NCBI GenBank assembly: GCA_013115145.1
Contig: JAAPAO010000056.1
Span: forward strand, 1-64,000
Length of the DNA: 64,000 nucleotides
Direction: 5' to 3'
Source: Perkinsus chesapeaki ATCC PRA-425
Lineage: Eukaryota > Protista > Perkinsozoa
Each line of letters begins with the position of its first letter. The first letter of the stretch is position 1. The notes under the pieces were generated by a model, which made no database searches, had not been told where the DNA came from, and saw only the letters and a program-made list of their open reading frames with translations. A program made the translations under genes and the position numbers. Positions 23,601 to 35,313 of this stretch are shown here, piece after piece.

Positions 23601-26347
23601 TGAGTTTCGGCGTGGTAAGACTTATGGTCATCAAGCGGTCCTTAACGAAGACTTTTGCAACTTCTTCAAGGACTGTCCAGATGGCATCATGTTGACTATG
23701 ACTAACGCCGCTTGCAACACCATCAACGCCGCGGCTCTGTCAGTTCTAACTGCAACCGCGCGTCCTGCTCTACGAGTTCCCGACGCGCTTATGGAGGATA
23801 TGGATATAATTCTGGGTTTGAAGGATAGATATGCTATGACTAGTCTTAGTCACTGAGAACATCGGCAAAGGGACTGATTTTGTGAAGTGCAAATGGGCAA
23901 CCGGTACATTTCAGCGAACCCGGGTCACAACAAAACTACATGCAGTTTTGTTGAATTGACTTCGTAAGGGCGTGGCAAGGGGGAAGCTGGTTGATGATTC
24001 AGGGAGAGCCTTCGCTGAGCTATTCGATCAAGTTTCGATGAATGAGGATGGTACAGCACAGAGCGGAATGTCGAGACGAGCACCACGGGATGAGAGCCCG
24101 AAGGAGAAGGCCAAGAGGGAGCTGGAGCAGATGGGGATAGATGTTATTTTACCACCAGAGGAGGGTGAGTGGGAACTATTGCCCATTTTGGTGCGTACTG
24201 TCGAATAGACGTGAATTCATGTTCCAATAGGGGATCGGGATAGGGGATCTAGTATGAGTTCAGCTGTCTTAAATTAAGACTCTTAATATAATAGAAATAT
24301 TACGGCTTCATCCCTACAGTATTTCAGTTTAGTGCTGAAGCGTGTTTTTATTTCACTGGGTATGGATCTGAGCTTCTTCAGATAAGACAGGAGATGACAT
24401 CTGGAAAGGGTTGGTAGGGTATCCACAGACGAAGGCCCGAGTGGAGGAGACAGTGCTGTTGCAGCTAAAGCATCCCGAGCTGTTCAAGAAGATTGCTGAA
24501 GGGACAAGAGGGGTACGCCAGACTTCTGATAGGCTTCTGGCATCGGCCTCTCAGAAATCTGCACCGGCGAACAGACCGAAGGTTGTGCTTTTTGAAGGTC
24601 CGCCTGGCACAGGAAAGACCTCTGCGGCGAGGTGAGGAAGGGGTGGTTTGAGTATCGAGTCCAAATTGGACTGTCCAATGTGTTGTCAGATGCATTGCTG
24701 CTGGATGCGGTATCCCTCTGGTGTATGTTCCGTTGGAGGCACTGCTGTCAAAGTGGTATGGAGAGAGTGAGAAGCAGTTGTCGAAGGTCTTTGAATTGTC
24801 GAGGGATCTAGTGAAGGATGGTAAGGGATCGTCATTATTATTATTAAATTGATGTAGAAGTAGTCTCGTGCACCAGAAAAACAATTGAGCATTTAAGACG
24901 CCAAAAGGGTTCGTTGGGCTCTTCCTGATGAGTTATGTATCATTTGATTATTCAATAGGAATCGATCTCCAAGGTCGAGTTCCGAGTTGCTGATGCGGAC
25001 AGTATATTTTGTTCACCCTGTATCATGGGCTATTCTGTATGTTATGGACAGATAAATTCATAATAGTTCATTTTGCCCAATGCGATTCACAGGGCTAGAA
25101 GCTCTGCGAGCCTCGCTCATCCGAGCACTACGACACCTAACTCAAAAAGACGTAGTGGTCGTAGTGCAACTTTTCATCCTCGCTGGTACATTCACAACCC
25201 AATACTGGTATTTCCGTTTGCTTTTCAGATTGTCAAGAGGGCTCCGGTGTGATCATATTTGTTGATGAAGTGGATACCCTTGCCTCTAGCAGAGATGATC
25301 CCAACGGGATGCACGAAGCCAGCAAACGTGTGCTCTCTGTTCTACTGAGGTACGGCCAGTGTGACCAAGCCTATCATCGGTATACGGTGCCTGTAGGGAG
25401 CTTGATGGCTTCAGTACGCCAGGGAAAGCGAACGCAATGCTTATTGCTGCTACGAATCGGAAACAGGACTTGGATCAGGCCTTCGTCAGCCGGTAAGCAT
25501 CCCGAATGCCGGAAAGGGTTCCTCGCAAAGTTTTGGTTATCGAACTGTGCGTTCCGACAGGGAGTCATAGAGGAACGTCAGGTGCTGCCAGAAGGGATGG
25601 ATTCTATGTTCCTTCTTGCGCTAGGAAATTTTTGTAGAGAAGAATTTTCATCTTATATCCGCACTAGGAACGCATCTTCGTGAAGTCAGAAGACGTACTC
25701 CAATTGCAGCCTTTGTCAGGATTGATACCTCTGTAGAGTTTGCCTTACCAGACACATCCAGCAGGGCTGACATATTCGGCTTGTATGCCAGGCAGCTGTC
25801 AAAGGAAGACTGTGAGCAGCTGGCTAAGATTTCGGCAGGTATGGTGCGGAAGTAGCCGATATTTCGTTCACATATGGGCCGCTCGGGTCCCCATCCCAGA
25901 CGCCTTGCGTGACTTGGCAATTTCACCCTGGATCTCACAGTGGCCAGCGTTAGCTTATAAATGAAGGCAGTGCACTTGGAAATTCTACCTCTGATAGTCT
26001 TCTGTGTATTCTAGACTTGTTGTGGCGATTATGTCAGGTTTGAGTGGTCGTAACATCAAGGATGCCTGTCAGGATGCTGAACGACGCTGGGCGGCCGCTA
26101 GGTTCAGGCAGCTATCTAAGGAGAACGTAAGCTGAAGATGCAATGGTTCGTTAGTAACGTCGATTCCACGGCTTCCACCTGGTCAAGATGCTTTTTCTAT
26201 CAGAAACCTCTGGACGAGACCACAGTGGGCCTCCCGGACCGAGCAACGTATGAGGCATGTGTGAAGGAGAAAAAACAACAGCAACGGTCAGCCAGGCGGG
26301 CAAGTGGAGACAGGCCCCAAATACCGATACTATACACCGCAAATTGA
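20678..26347 (+). CDS. AAA+ ATPase (single AAA module, At4g04180-like), probably mitochondrial or membrane-anchored
   Basis: Walker A VLFEGPPGTGKT (~24590-24620), SKWYGESEK, Walker B IIFVDEVD, SRH AATNRKQDLD and GLSGRNIKDAC. N-terminal exons include MVKCLGG..ATSSVALCEEAPDKK and ..GQLTRGDAD|(21257), which joins in phase 0 to |GVARGKL (23969). The start codon is uncertain. Confidence 0.88.
21300..23960 (+). mobile_element. Decayed Helitron-like RepHel fragment (HUH Rep + PIF1 helicase), with stops and frameshifts
   Basis: Rep motif 2 FFKVEFQMRGTLHIHALFW (21781-21831), motif 3 YVTHYVSK (~22122-22145), Walker A VTGSPG|TGKT, PTGRLAS, Walker B LIDEASM, LNTNHRS, and TNAACNTINAAAL. Termini were not identified. 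Confidence 0.88.
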
Positions 26348-26720
26348 GATGCTGCGCAATTGTTGCAGACAACAGTTTCTGAGATGGAACGTCTTAGGTT
26401 TGGATGCCTGTGCAAGTTGTCAGCTTGAGCAAATTAGGATGAGTTCTATGCTTCCATTTGTCACATGTTTTTACAGTAGGGCAACGTTTGTTTCTGCACC
26501 CATTAGGCGTGCTACTCTTTTGTACTCCATTGTTACTATTTTACGGTTGTGGGGACACGTATTGTGCAATCGAACAAGAATCCTATACTACTTCAGTGTA
26601 TAGTAGTTTTTATACTAGTTTAGTTTTTTATACTACTTAAAGTGAAATAGGGCATCTACTTTAGAGGGCCCCTTGCAGTAGATATATTAGTACATTACAC
26701 AGTGTGATGCAATAAATGTC

Positions 26721-28370
26721 ATGGCAGTGTCACTTACACTTCACTTGAGCCATCTACGGGGCTCCTTGTCGCTTAAAGGAAGGCATTCCTTAACCGAAGA
26801 GCTAAGTAACCTAGGTGTCTTGCCCTTTTAATGTCATTTTTTATACGCAAACCTGCGGCTAAGCTGCTGCCGGAGAAGGAATGTTTGGTAGGGAGGAACT
26901 ATCCCATACCGAAAGCGCCTTCAAAGGTGGGCGAGGCATCACCAGCGATGTCGTTGTATTCGAGTTGCTCAGGACACGGTTAACTTCGTGACTGGAAATC
27001 CTCTGTATGGGCCCTGGCCAGTGGGGATGGCGCAGGCCATGTTCGGCATGGGTTGCTTCTGGTGCTCGGAGAATCTTTTTGTTAAGATGAAAGGCGTCTT
27101 TTCGACACAGGTAAGAAGCTGGAACCATCGCGTTTGAGTTCAACGGGAATCGGCTGACGTTTTAAAAGATTCCTTCGCAGGTCGGTTACGCGCAAGGCAG
27201 CACGCAGAACCCGACCTATGAGGAGGTTTGTAGCGGTCAAACGAATCATGCTGAGGTCATCAGAGTTGTCTATGACCCGAAAACAGTGGCCTACAGAGAT
27301 CTGCTGAAGGTAGACGGACGGGTGATGAAGATGCAACAATCGACGGGTTGAGCAGGTCTTCTGGAGCAGTCACGATCCTACAGTTCCCAATGCACAAGGG
27401 AACGATCGTGGATCACAGTAAGAAGTGCTGCCACTCTGAGGGAGGGAGAGCTTGTCGATTCAGGTATAGAAGTGGTATATACTATTTTAATGAGGCTCAA
27501 AAGGAAGAGGCAGAGAAGAGCAAGTAAAGGAACTGGCTCGTTCACATGCGTTCGGGGGGCTCAATCGCTTTGTTGTTGAGCTTATTAAGGCGTTTTAATA
27601 TTAATTAGGATATGGATGCAATGGAAGTTCATAAGCTGCCTTAAAATGACATTGACGGGATCTAACATGAGGCTCTAGTGCCTTCTCGTTTAATATCTTT
27701 TATAGATTTGGTGACCTATGAGGAAGTACGTGAATCGCTATTCCCTCGGCTCATAAGCCATCGTGGCCACCTTTAGTGTGGCACCCGTCGCCAATAGCAA
27801 AGGAGCTATCGTGTAGTTCTTTGATGTCGTGTTATTGTCGACTACAGAGCCCGAGACTCTGTGGCGTGTGGCTAGAAGACGTAAGTTACGTCTTAATTAC
27901 GTCACGTACTGAATTAGCATACCCAAATCGATTGATCGTATCATACTGGATATCTTGCACGCATACGCCGACGTGCGTGCTAAGGAAGGGTGTACGTTTG
28001 GCAAGTATGCGCAATCTTACTGTGGTTGATAAATCCTCACACTTGTGATAGTTAGCTGATAAAAATATAGAAAAACCTGCGATGGTGCTGGCTCGGTGGC
28101 GCTGTCGAGTCTTCCGGGTGTCCGGGTATCCATTTACCTTTTCGTAGGCAAGAGTATCAAGATGCCCTGGCTAAAGCAGGTGTAACTAAAACGATAGTGA
28201 CAGAGATTGAACCCGCTGGAGAATTCTTTTATGCTGAAGACTATCATCAGCAGTATGTCTACTTGCGCTCGACTATAGGTGACTTGGTTAATATCAGATA
28301 CGATGCCAAGCCTGGATCGCGGCAGTACTGCGGGCTTAGGCCTTTGGGCGTGGAGTACCCTGAGAATTGA
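26721..28370 (+). CDS. msrA: Peptide methionine sulfoxide reductase MsrA
   Basis: Spliced exons give [64 protein letters not shown] and YCG. The start codon is tentative. Confidence 0.95.
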
Positions 28371-28533
28371 CAAGCATCTTAAATAGAGCCGTCATACCTC
28401 ACCTTTGTCGTTTGTATATGACTACCCTTTCTGTCTGCGGGTGTTTCTCTTGTCATCTCTGCTGAGTTGGGATGATAGGTTATGGAGCTTCTTCATTGCA
28501 GGGCGTTCCGTATAGTAGAATGGCCCTTGAGTG

Positions 28534-31500
28534 ATGTCGGCAGAATCATTACTAGATAACCAAGCTGCTGAAGCCGGCACGCCTACCAGAGAAAAAAAGA
28601 AGCCTGCTCGCCCGCATGAATTTGTGTCCAGGGTCTTCATAGTGGGCTTGGACACCTCAGATGGACATTTGCATCCGCTGTCGGGCTCACCTCTGCCGGT
28701 AGGAAAGCGCCATTGGCTGCGATTCTCGATTTCTACCTCAGGATAACGGTAAAGTGGAGGAGACAGAAGTGTCCAGCAAACCACTCGATTCCTTCGTGTA
28801 AGCCTCCGGTAGCCCACGACGGTGGCGAGGTCATGTGTTAAATTCAGCGCGGCTGTCCGAAGTACCTTTAAGCGAACTTTAACAAGAAATACCAAGGAGA
28901 ATAGCAGGGAGCGTGACGGGCTCGGTAAAGCTATGAAACTCGGCCGGATTGGTATTTTTGTTGAAGCAGATACCTCCCTCAATCAAAGCAGAACCTCAGC
29001 CGGAGGGGAGAGCACGACGAGCGAAAGCGCGGCCATTCATGTGTTGACAAGCCACCGTTGGAAAATGGCATTGCGAGCCAGCTACCCTCCGAGTCAGTCT
29101 GGCAGAACAGGCGACAAAGTTGCCGATTATTTCAAGTAAGCCTTTCTAGGCGTCAGAATGGCCATTTTTGCCGCTCTTTTCAGTGCGGAGCAAGTGCAGG
29201 ACGTGATTGCACGAACCTTGTACCCTTTGGGGGGAAGGATACTAACAGACCTAGAGAAGGAGAAAGCCGTCTTTGAGTTTGGCAACTTTGTAAGTGGCCG
29301 GGGCTGTCGCTTCACCCGTCTTCGTTTGTCCGTTCTTCTGCATTCGGTATTGGCATGCCCGTTGGGCCCTAAGTTTTGTCACTAGATTATATAAAGAACG
29401 GCACTTTTTAACGAGTGAATGGTGAAATTTCTGGCACTGTCCCCCTACAGGTGCTTGTTGATCTTGGCTACAGTATGTTCTATGTTACAGCCACGCTGGG
29501 CTATGAGCCATTGGACTCGAAGACGCTGTACTTGGATTCATATGAGACTCGACTGTAGAACGTTAATGTTAGTGATAACTGAGATGCTCACCGTCAGATA
29601 CACGCCAATCGGCATTGGCTTTTTTTCGACTCTACCCTGCCTTACTGCTCACCGAAACCTTTTAGGGAGGCTTTTCAATATATCGCTCGAGCGCTCGGAG
29701 GCCCTGAAGCGCTTCGAGTGAGCTCCCAAGTTGAACGGTCTCTAAAGATATTTTCTTCCCTCAGGCCTGAGACTGCGCTGACTCTCCAGCGGGAGTTTGT
29801 GTCGGCACTTTATCATTCTGTAAGGCTTCTATAACTTGTTCATCTATTTCCGTTTTGATAGGTCAACAGTCTCCCTGTGATGTACCCTTACCTGCCTTCT
29901 GCAATAACATCTACGTCCCTCCTTGGGAATGTTGGTAGCACCTTTCACCTGCACTTTCCCAGTATCCATTCCGTTTGCTGCTTAGGCCCTTTGTTAACCT
30001 TGCAGGGTGGTTGCCTTGGCTTTACTAGAGATGTCGACTTCCTCCCACTTTTTGCCCACCTTTCAACACGTAACCCCACCAATATATCCTCCTGCACTTT
30101 TCTACCTACTTAGAGTCTATATTATTCATCTTGGAGCGACTTCTACTTGACCAGCGACTGGTTATAGTCTCACGGAAACGCGGCGGTACTTTGCTCACCA
30201 CCGTGCTGGAGAGCCTCCGTGTCATGCTTTTTCCTTTTGACTGGAATGATGTGTAGGTGGCGGCTGCTTTTTCTTCGTTTTCACCTTTCCTAGGTACCTG
30301 CCGTACGCCCCAGTGTCGGCGGCCAAGAATTTAGTGCAAGGTCCTTACCCATTATTTTTCGGTACATGCATTCCTACAAGTGAGAGCACTTCGTGGCTCG
30401 AGAAGGTTCCTGATATCAATATAGTGTAGAGCGACTTTTCGACTAACGTCCTTGAACCAGCTGCTTAGGTATCTGGAAGAGGACAAGGTGATTCCAGCCA
30501 GGAAGCGTCCTGATCGCAGCGACAACGCGCCCCTCCCGACTCTGCCTTTGGCGATGGCCAGTGTAACATTATTTCCTGACATTTACTTTGGCATGGGGTT
30601 TGCAGGTCTTAAGACGGCAGCTCCCACCACTGTGCTCGGATGCTTGTCGGGTACTTGGTCTAGATGCCCTACGTGAGCAGTACAATAGCAATAATAGAAG
30701 CCGAAGCGAGCGAGCTTCGGTGGACCTCAATGCATCAACCTATTCACTCATCAGTGAGGAACAGTCAATTATTAGTCAAGAGGATCCAGGTGACTTCCTA
30801 TCACAACCAGCTCTGTCCGTCCTATGCTATTCTCTCCGTGCAGGCCCGAGCTCTCTAGAGGCCGCCCTAGATGAGTTCTGGTCCTCGTATTTCAGCCCTT
30901 ATGACACGCAAGCTGGCCCGGTCCCTGCTGTCCGATGGTCTCAAGGCGTAAGAGGACTGTTCGGAGATAATGGCCGTATATTTATTTCTCCTAGACTCTT
31001 TCCAGCACTAATAGCTCTGACTATCGGCCCATTCGTCGGAAAACCCGCCCACCTCGTCATCATAGCAAGTAAGGCGCCAAAGGCATGTCGTAGGTTACGA
31101 CTGGTAACATATAACGTTATACTATATTTCCCCTGGAATTGATCTTGTCTTAAGAGTCTCGAAATCACTACAGTTTGCTCCTTCAAAAGTAACTATAAGT
31201 TGGAGGCCAATAGCCTCTCGTGTGATCAGTAGTATTTCCATCTCTGTGTGATATTAGTGGATACTTCTATGCAATTCTCAATCAACCATAGGGCCGTTAC
31301 ATATCTACAATTGCCATTCCGAAACGGCATTAACGTTCGAATCTAGGTTCCAGTTCAAGCTACGTGTGCAGGCAGCATGCCTCGAGGCGATGACCAGACA
31401 GTTTGCTAACTACAAAAAGTACGACCTGTTACCTCCTACCCAGCCTACCCACCACTACCGCTTGTTAGATACGTCAGACGGAACGATCATGAAGAACGGA

Positions 31501-33200
31501 CCTTTGACGTCTCTGGCTTCCTCGGTAAGATTTTGCGCTATGCCGAGCTGCTCGGCAATGCGGTGCTATGCAGGTCTTTCGCGATCGGGCAAAGAGAACT
31601 CCAGGAACTTCGTGGAGCCTTTTCTCGACCTTTTCCTAGACCAACATCGAACGCATTCATTTGACCTTTTCCTCCTCAACACTGTCGACACGCCTAAGGC
31701 TTGGGTCTTCGACAAGGGGTGCCAGATTTGGTCTGCGATGGATGGGGATATGGCGGCTGGGACAACAGAGTGAGCACTTCGCGTCTGTGGTTTTGGAGAG
31801 TTCTCGCTCAGAGACGACAACGGAAAAATGGCCGCTCTTCGAATTTCAAATCAAATCCTTCTACTCGTGAAGAGAGCCTATGAGCCAGTGGTCATCGACG
31901 TCGCTCCTCCAGTACCCATCAGTACGCCTGATCCACCGGTCCCCGAATCTCCAATTGATGCCAAGTCTAGGCCTACAGAGTGGCTCTTGAGGGCTACTCA
32001 GAGCTTGCAGGTATGGACCGCATAAGGCTAACCCAATCGCATCTTGTATTCTAGGTTGAGCCGGAATCAAAGATCGTTCCCACTGTGCCAAACTGCGGTC
32101 TGGTATCGGTGGCACACCGTCGAGCACGAGGAGTGCTGGTCAGTGCGACAGTCACTCACCTTAGAGCTGGTCGAGCTAAATCCCATATCCTCTGGCGAGT
32201 CCTCGATCGCTTTGCTGCTGGCGGCTCAGCCACAGATGAGATATCTCTTCGAGGTCCTCATGTTCTCGGTCTCTGTGATATCGGCGGAAACTGTCCCGAT
32301 TGCGGCATGCGTGTAACTGACTTTTGGCAATGCGCAAAATACTGGTGGGGCCACGACCGAGTTGAAGTGACCTGCCCCTCTTGCGACGGGGCCTGGACGC
32401 CGACCTTCACCACCTGCGCGGCTGACCATCCGATGCTAGCTAATCACCTGGAACGATCCGGTGTCCAGATGGATGAGGAGCTGATACAGACAATGCACCA
32501 TCGCCGTATATGCAACTTCAGAACCCTAACAGAAATGTATACAATTGCCCACCAAAGAGGATCTGACCGCGACACCGAATTAATGTATAATATCGAACTG
32601 TTCTTGGGTGTCACGGTATCGGTCAAGGGCATCGGTCAGCCGGAGACCATGTTTGAGCTGGTTAAATCTTACGTACAAGATGCGGCTGCCGAGCAGCAGG
32701 CAGTCACCGGCACGCCATTGCCTTCTGGCACACCGCTACGTCACAGGCGTATGCGTAGTGGGGAGAAGGCGCTGCCCCATCCACCGGCATTGAAGGATTT
32801 CCAGAGAGAAATGGACTCTAGGTCTTCGAGCTCGCTGGAACAACTCGTGCCTCCTTCCCCTGCGGAAAGCTGGCCTAGCCGAAGTGACAAATCAGGCAAG
32901 TTCCCGGCCGTTTTTGTGGCCACTAAGATTTTCGGCGTGCAGGCACAAGAGATTCGGATGCTGGGCTGGACGATCGGAAAAGGACTTACGAGCGAATACG
33001 GCAATATCGGCGAAAGCAGTCTAACCATTTAGCACCTACTGTGAACCTAGCAGGACCAAGGCCTCGGCCAACGAAACATATTACAATTAATCTTGGACAA
33101 GTAAGCCGATATGGGAGGAGGTATCAGATTATAGTCATCTTGTCAGACTGATCCTGATGAACCCCGACAAGACTATTCCCACAGGAAAGGTAAGGAGTGC
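28534..33200 (+). CDS. DENN-domain Rab-GEF, DENND4-like, with C-terminal CxxC..CxxC module
   Basis: uDENN-like EFVSRVFIVGLD and LRASYPP; DENN core DVDFLPLFAHL, LLLDQRLVIVS, LFPFDW and YLPYAP; dDENN-like FLDLFLDQHRTHSFDLF; large exon with CPDCG..W..TCPSCDGAWTP. The 3' end is uncertain. Confidence 0.8.
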
Positions 33201-34980
33201 CAAGGACTAGAATGAAAAACTTCTGATGACTTGCGCTTTAAGAAAGCGTTTTGGAATGCACTATGCGTTCGGTTTCATTCGGCAATATGTTTTAGAATAC
33301 ACCATTTCGCGAGCCTAGTACGATCTGGTAGATGCAATCTTTCAGGTTCTGACTCGCTCCATATTACCATGAGAAAGGTCAAGGTGACCTCTGCGAGTTC
33401 TCCCTCCCCTTCGTGATCTTGTGCATATCTCAATAATAATAATAATCTAGAGAACCTCTACATCTTTCCTGTACCATATGCGTAAAATATCGTGTTATAC
33501 GCTTCTGCTAGTTCAATCTGATAACAGCTGAGTTGTCTCTCAGTTTTGCCCACTATACAGTATTGCGTTCGCCGTTTCGCTGTCAATATTTTACAACGTG
33601 ATACGATACTTTATTCAGTGTGAAATGTAGCCTGCGTTCCACTCATCCCAGTCCGAACACATAACTCTACCTTGACATATCCGAGGCAGATCAGGGAGCT
33701 CAACGGGAACTTTCCACAAAGAAGATTTCCAAGCTGGTATGTCTTACACTGCGAAACGTCGAAAGGATACTACACTGCGCTGAGGAGAATTGCAGCTTGG
33801 TCCTTTTATCTCAGTTACTAAATCTCCGCACCTTGCACTGTTTGAGATGTGTGACTTACGTTAGATCGCATAGGAGATTCCCCTCAGTTGCACAGAACCT
33901 CTTATGAGTCAGGAAATCGTTCGATCACAATGATAGTTCGTCACGTGTTTGAAGAGCAATGGCGATTTCTGAAGCCAAGTATCAAAGGCTTCAGACATGC
34001 CAACTGGCACACCAGGAACTGCCTCATATGCTAGATATTGGTAACCTTGTTAAATAAGATATGCAGCACTCGACGAAAAGCGCGACCTTTAGTTGTGTGG
34101 CAACCTCACGTAAGCAGCTTGCTTACTAGGTATAGCGAAATCCGCCGCCTCCGACATGAATGTAAACCTAGCTTGTATTTCCCGTTCAGCTGCCTCAAAG
34201 CAAAACGAGGTCAGTACTATCGGCCTGAAATCCGCAGCTCTGATAGTAGCCGAGATCGTTCAGATGTATGACCGTAGCTAATACACATGTGTGACTTCTG
34301 GCTGGGAAGAATCATGATATTTAAAGCAAGCTATGTACCGTCCACTTGTCTAGTCAGGACAACTCTGTTCGACATACCGCTACTATTCATGTTAAATTCT
34401 ACATTCCTGAATTTTAGTGGTAAACTAGGCAGATACTCCCTACCAGCAGATGTGTAGTGAATCTGCAGGTGAATAGGAATGTCAGCGAGGCCGCGACGAC
34501 TGACGAACACAACACGCCATTATGCCTGATTGCGAAGAATGCTTTGCGCAATGGTTTTTTACATACGAAGACCGACTAGCTAACCAATATAAGCAGTGAA
34601 GAGCGACTCTCGGCTCTGAGCACTGCTCTTTGGGCCTTACTGACAGGAAACCTTATATTTCCTTCATGAGAGAATATCCTTTGGATATAGGAGAAGAACA
34701 TCCTCAGATGATATCCTGTTGTCTCTGATAGCTGATCGGACCAACAGAAAGAAGTCTTTTCACATTGTATTAGTGACATAGAAAACATATCTTCGACATG
34801 AGAGAAGCAAAGGAACGTTGGGTTCCTGCGATGTTACATCACCGATGTAGCTATCGTTGCCGAGCACTTGCATTAGGCGACCTGCTCGGTGCAAAAAAAT
34901 AACTGAAGGGTTTCGTGAGCACGTCAACCCCGGCTAGTAGGCATTAGCTGCCACTTAGATAGAGACCGAACCAGAGCGAG

Positions 34981-35313
34981 TCATTCGCTGCTAGGCTCTG
35001 AAACGAACAAGTAATCGCAGAATTTGTACATCCTCAGGTCTTCGTCAGGCCCTCGATAGCAGCAAGCATCGTGAATCACACGAAACTCGCCATGTGAAGC
35101 ACATTGATAACATATCTTGGATACAGTGGCGTCTGTGCAGCAAGCATAATGGTTTGCCAGATAGGGCGTTCTGCAGATCGTCAAAATCTTCTCAGTACCA
35201 CGAATCTCTTCCAGAGGAGTAAGCGATGTTTGTCTGGATACCTGGGCGTCAACCGGTTCGTGAGCCTCAATTCCATAGGAGAGTAGCAGGATGAGAGCAA
35301 GAGACGAGTTCAT
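34981..35313 (-). CDS. Intronless small secreted cysteine-rich protein (110 aa, 8 Cys)
   Basis: MNSSLALILLLSYGIEA signal-peptide-like leader followed by C-x10-CC-x8-C-x2-C-x12-CC-x13-C. Confidence 0.6.
   Translation of the reverse strand: MNSSLALILLLSYGIEAHEPVDAQVSRQTSLTPLEEIRGTEKILTICRTPYLANHYACCTDATVSKICYQCASHGEFRVIHDACCYRGPDEDLRMYKFCDYLFVSEPSSE

Noticed and set aside
26744-26759. cttgagcca..ctacgg, partial reverse complement of the Perkinsus/dinoflagellate spliced leader
   Set aside because: Gapped match in the wrong orientation relative to msrA. Not sufficient for a relict SL.
27713-27726. 12-nt repeat of the msrA 'TYEE' exon sequence inside a later intron
   Set aside because: Too short, and inclusion in the needed phase gives a stop.
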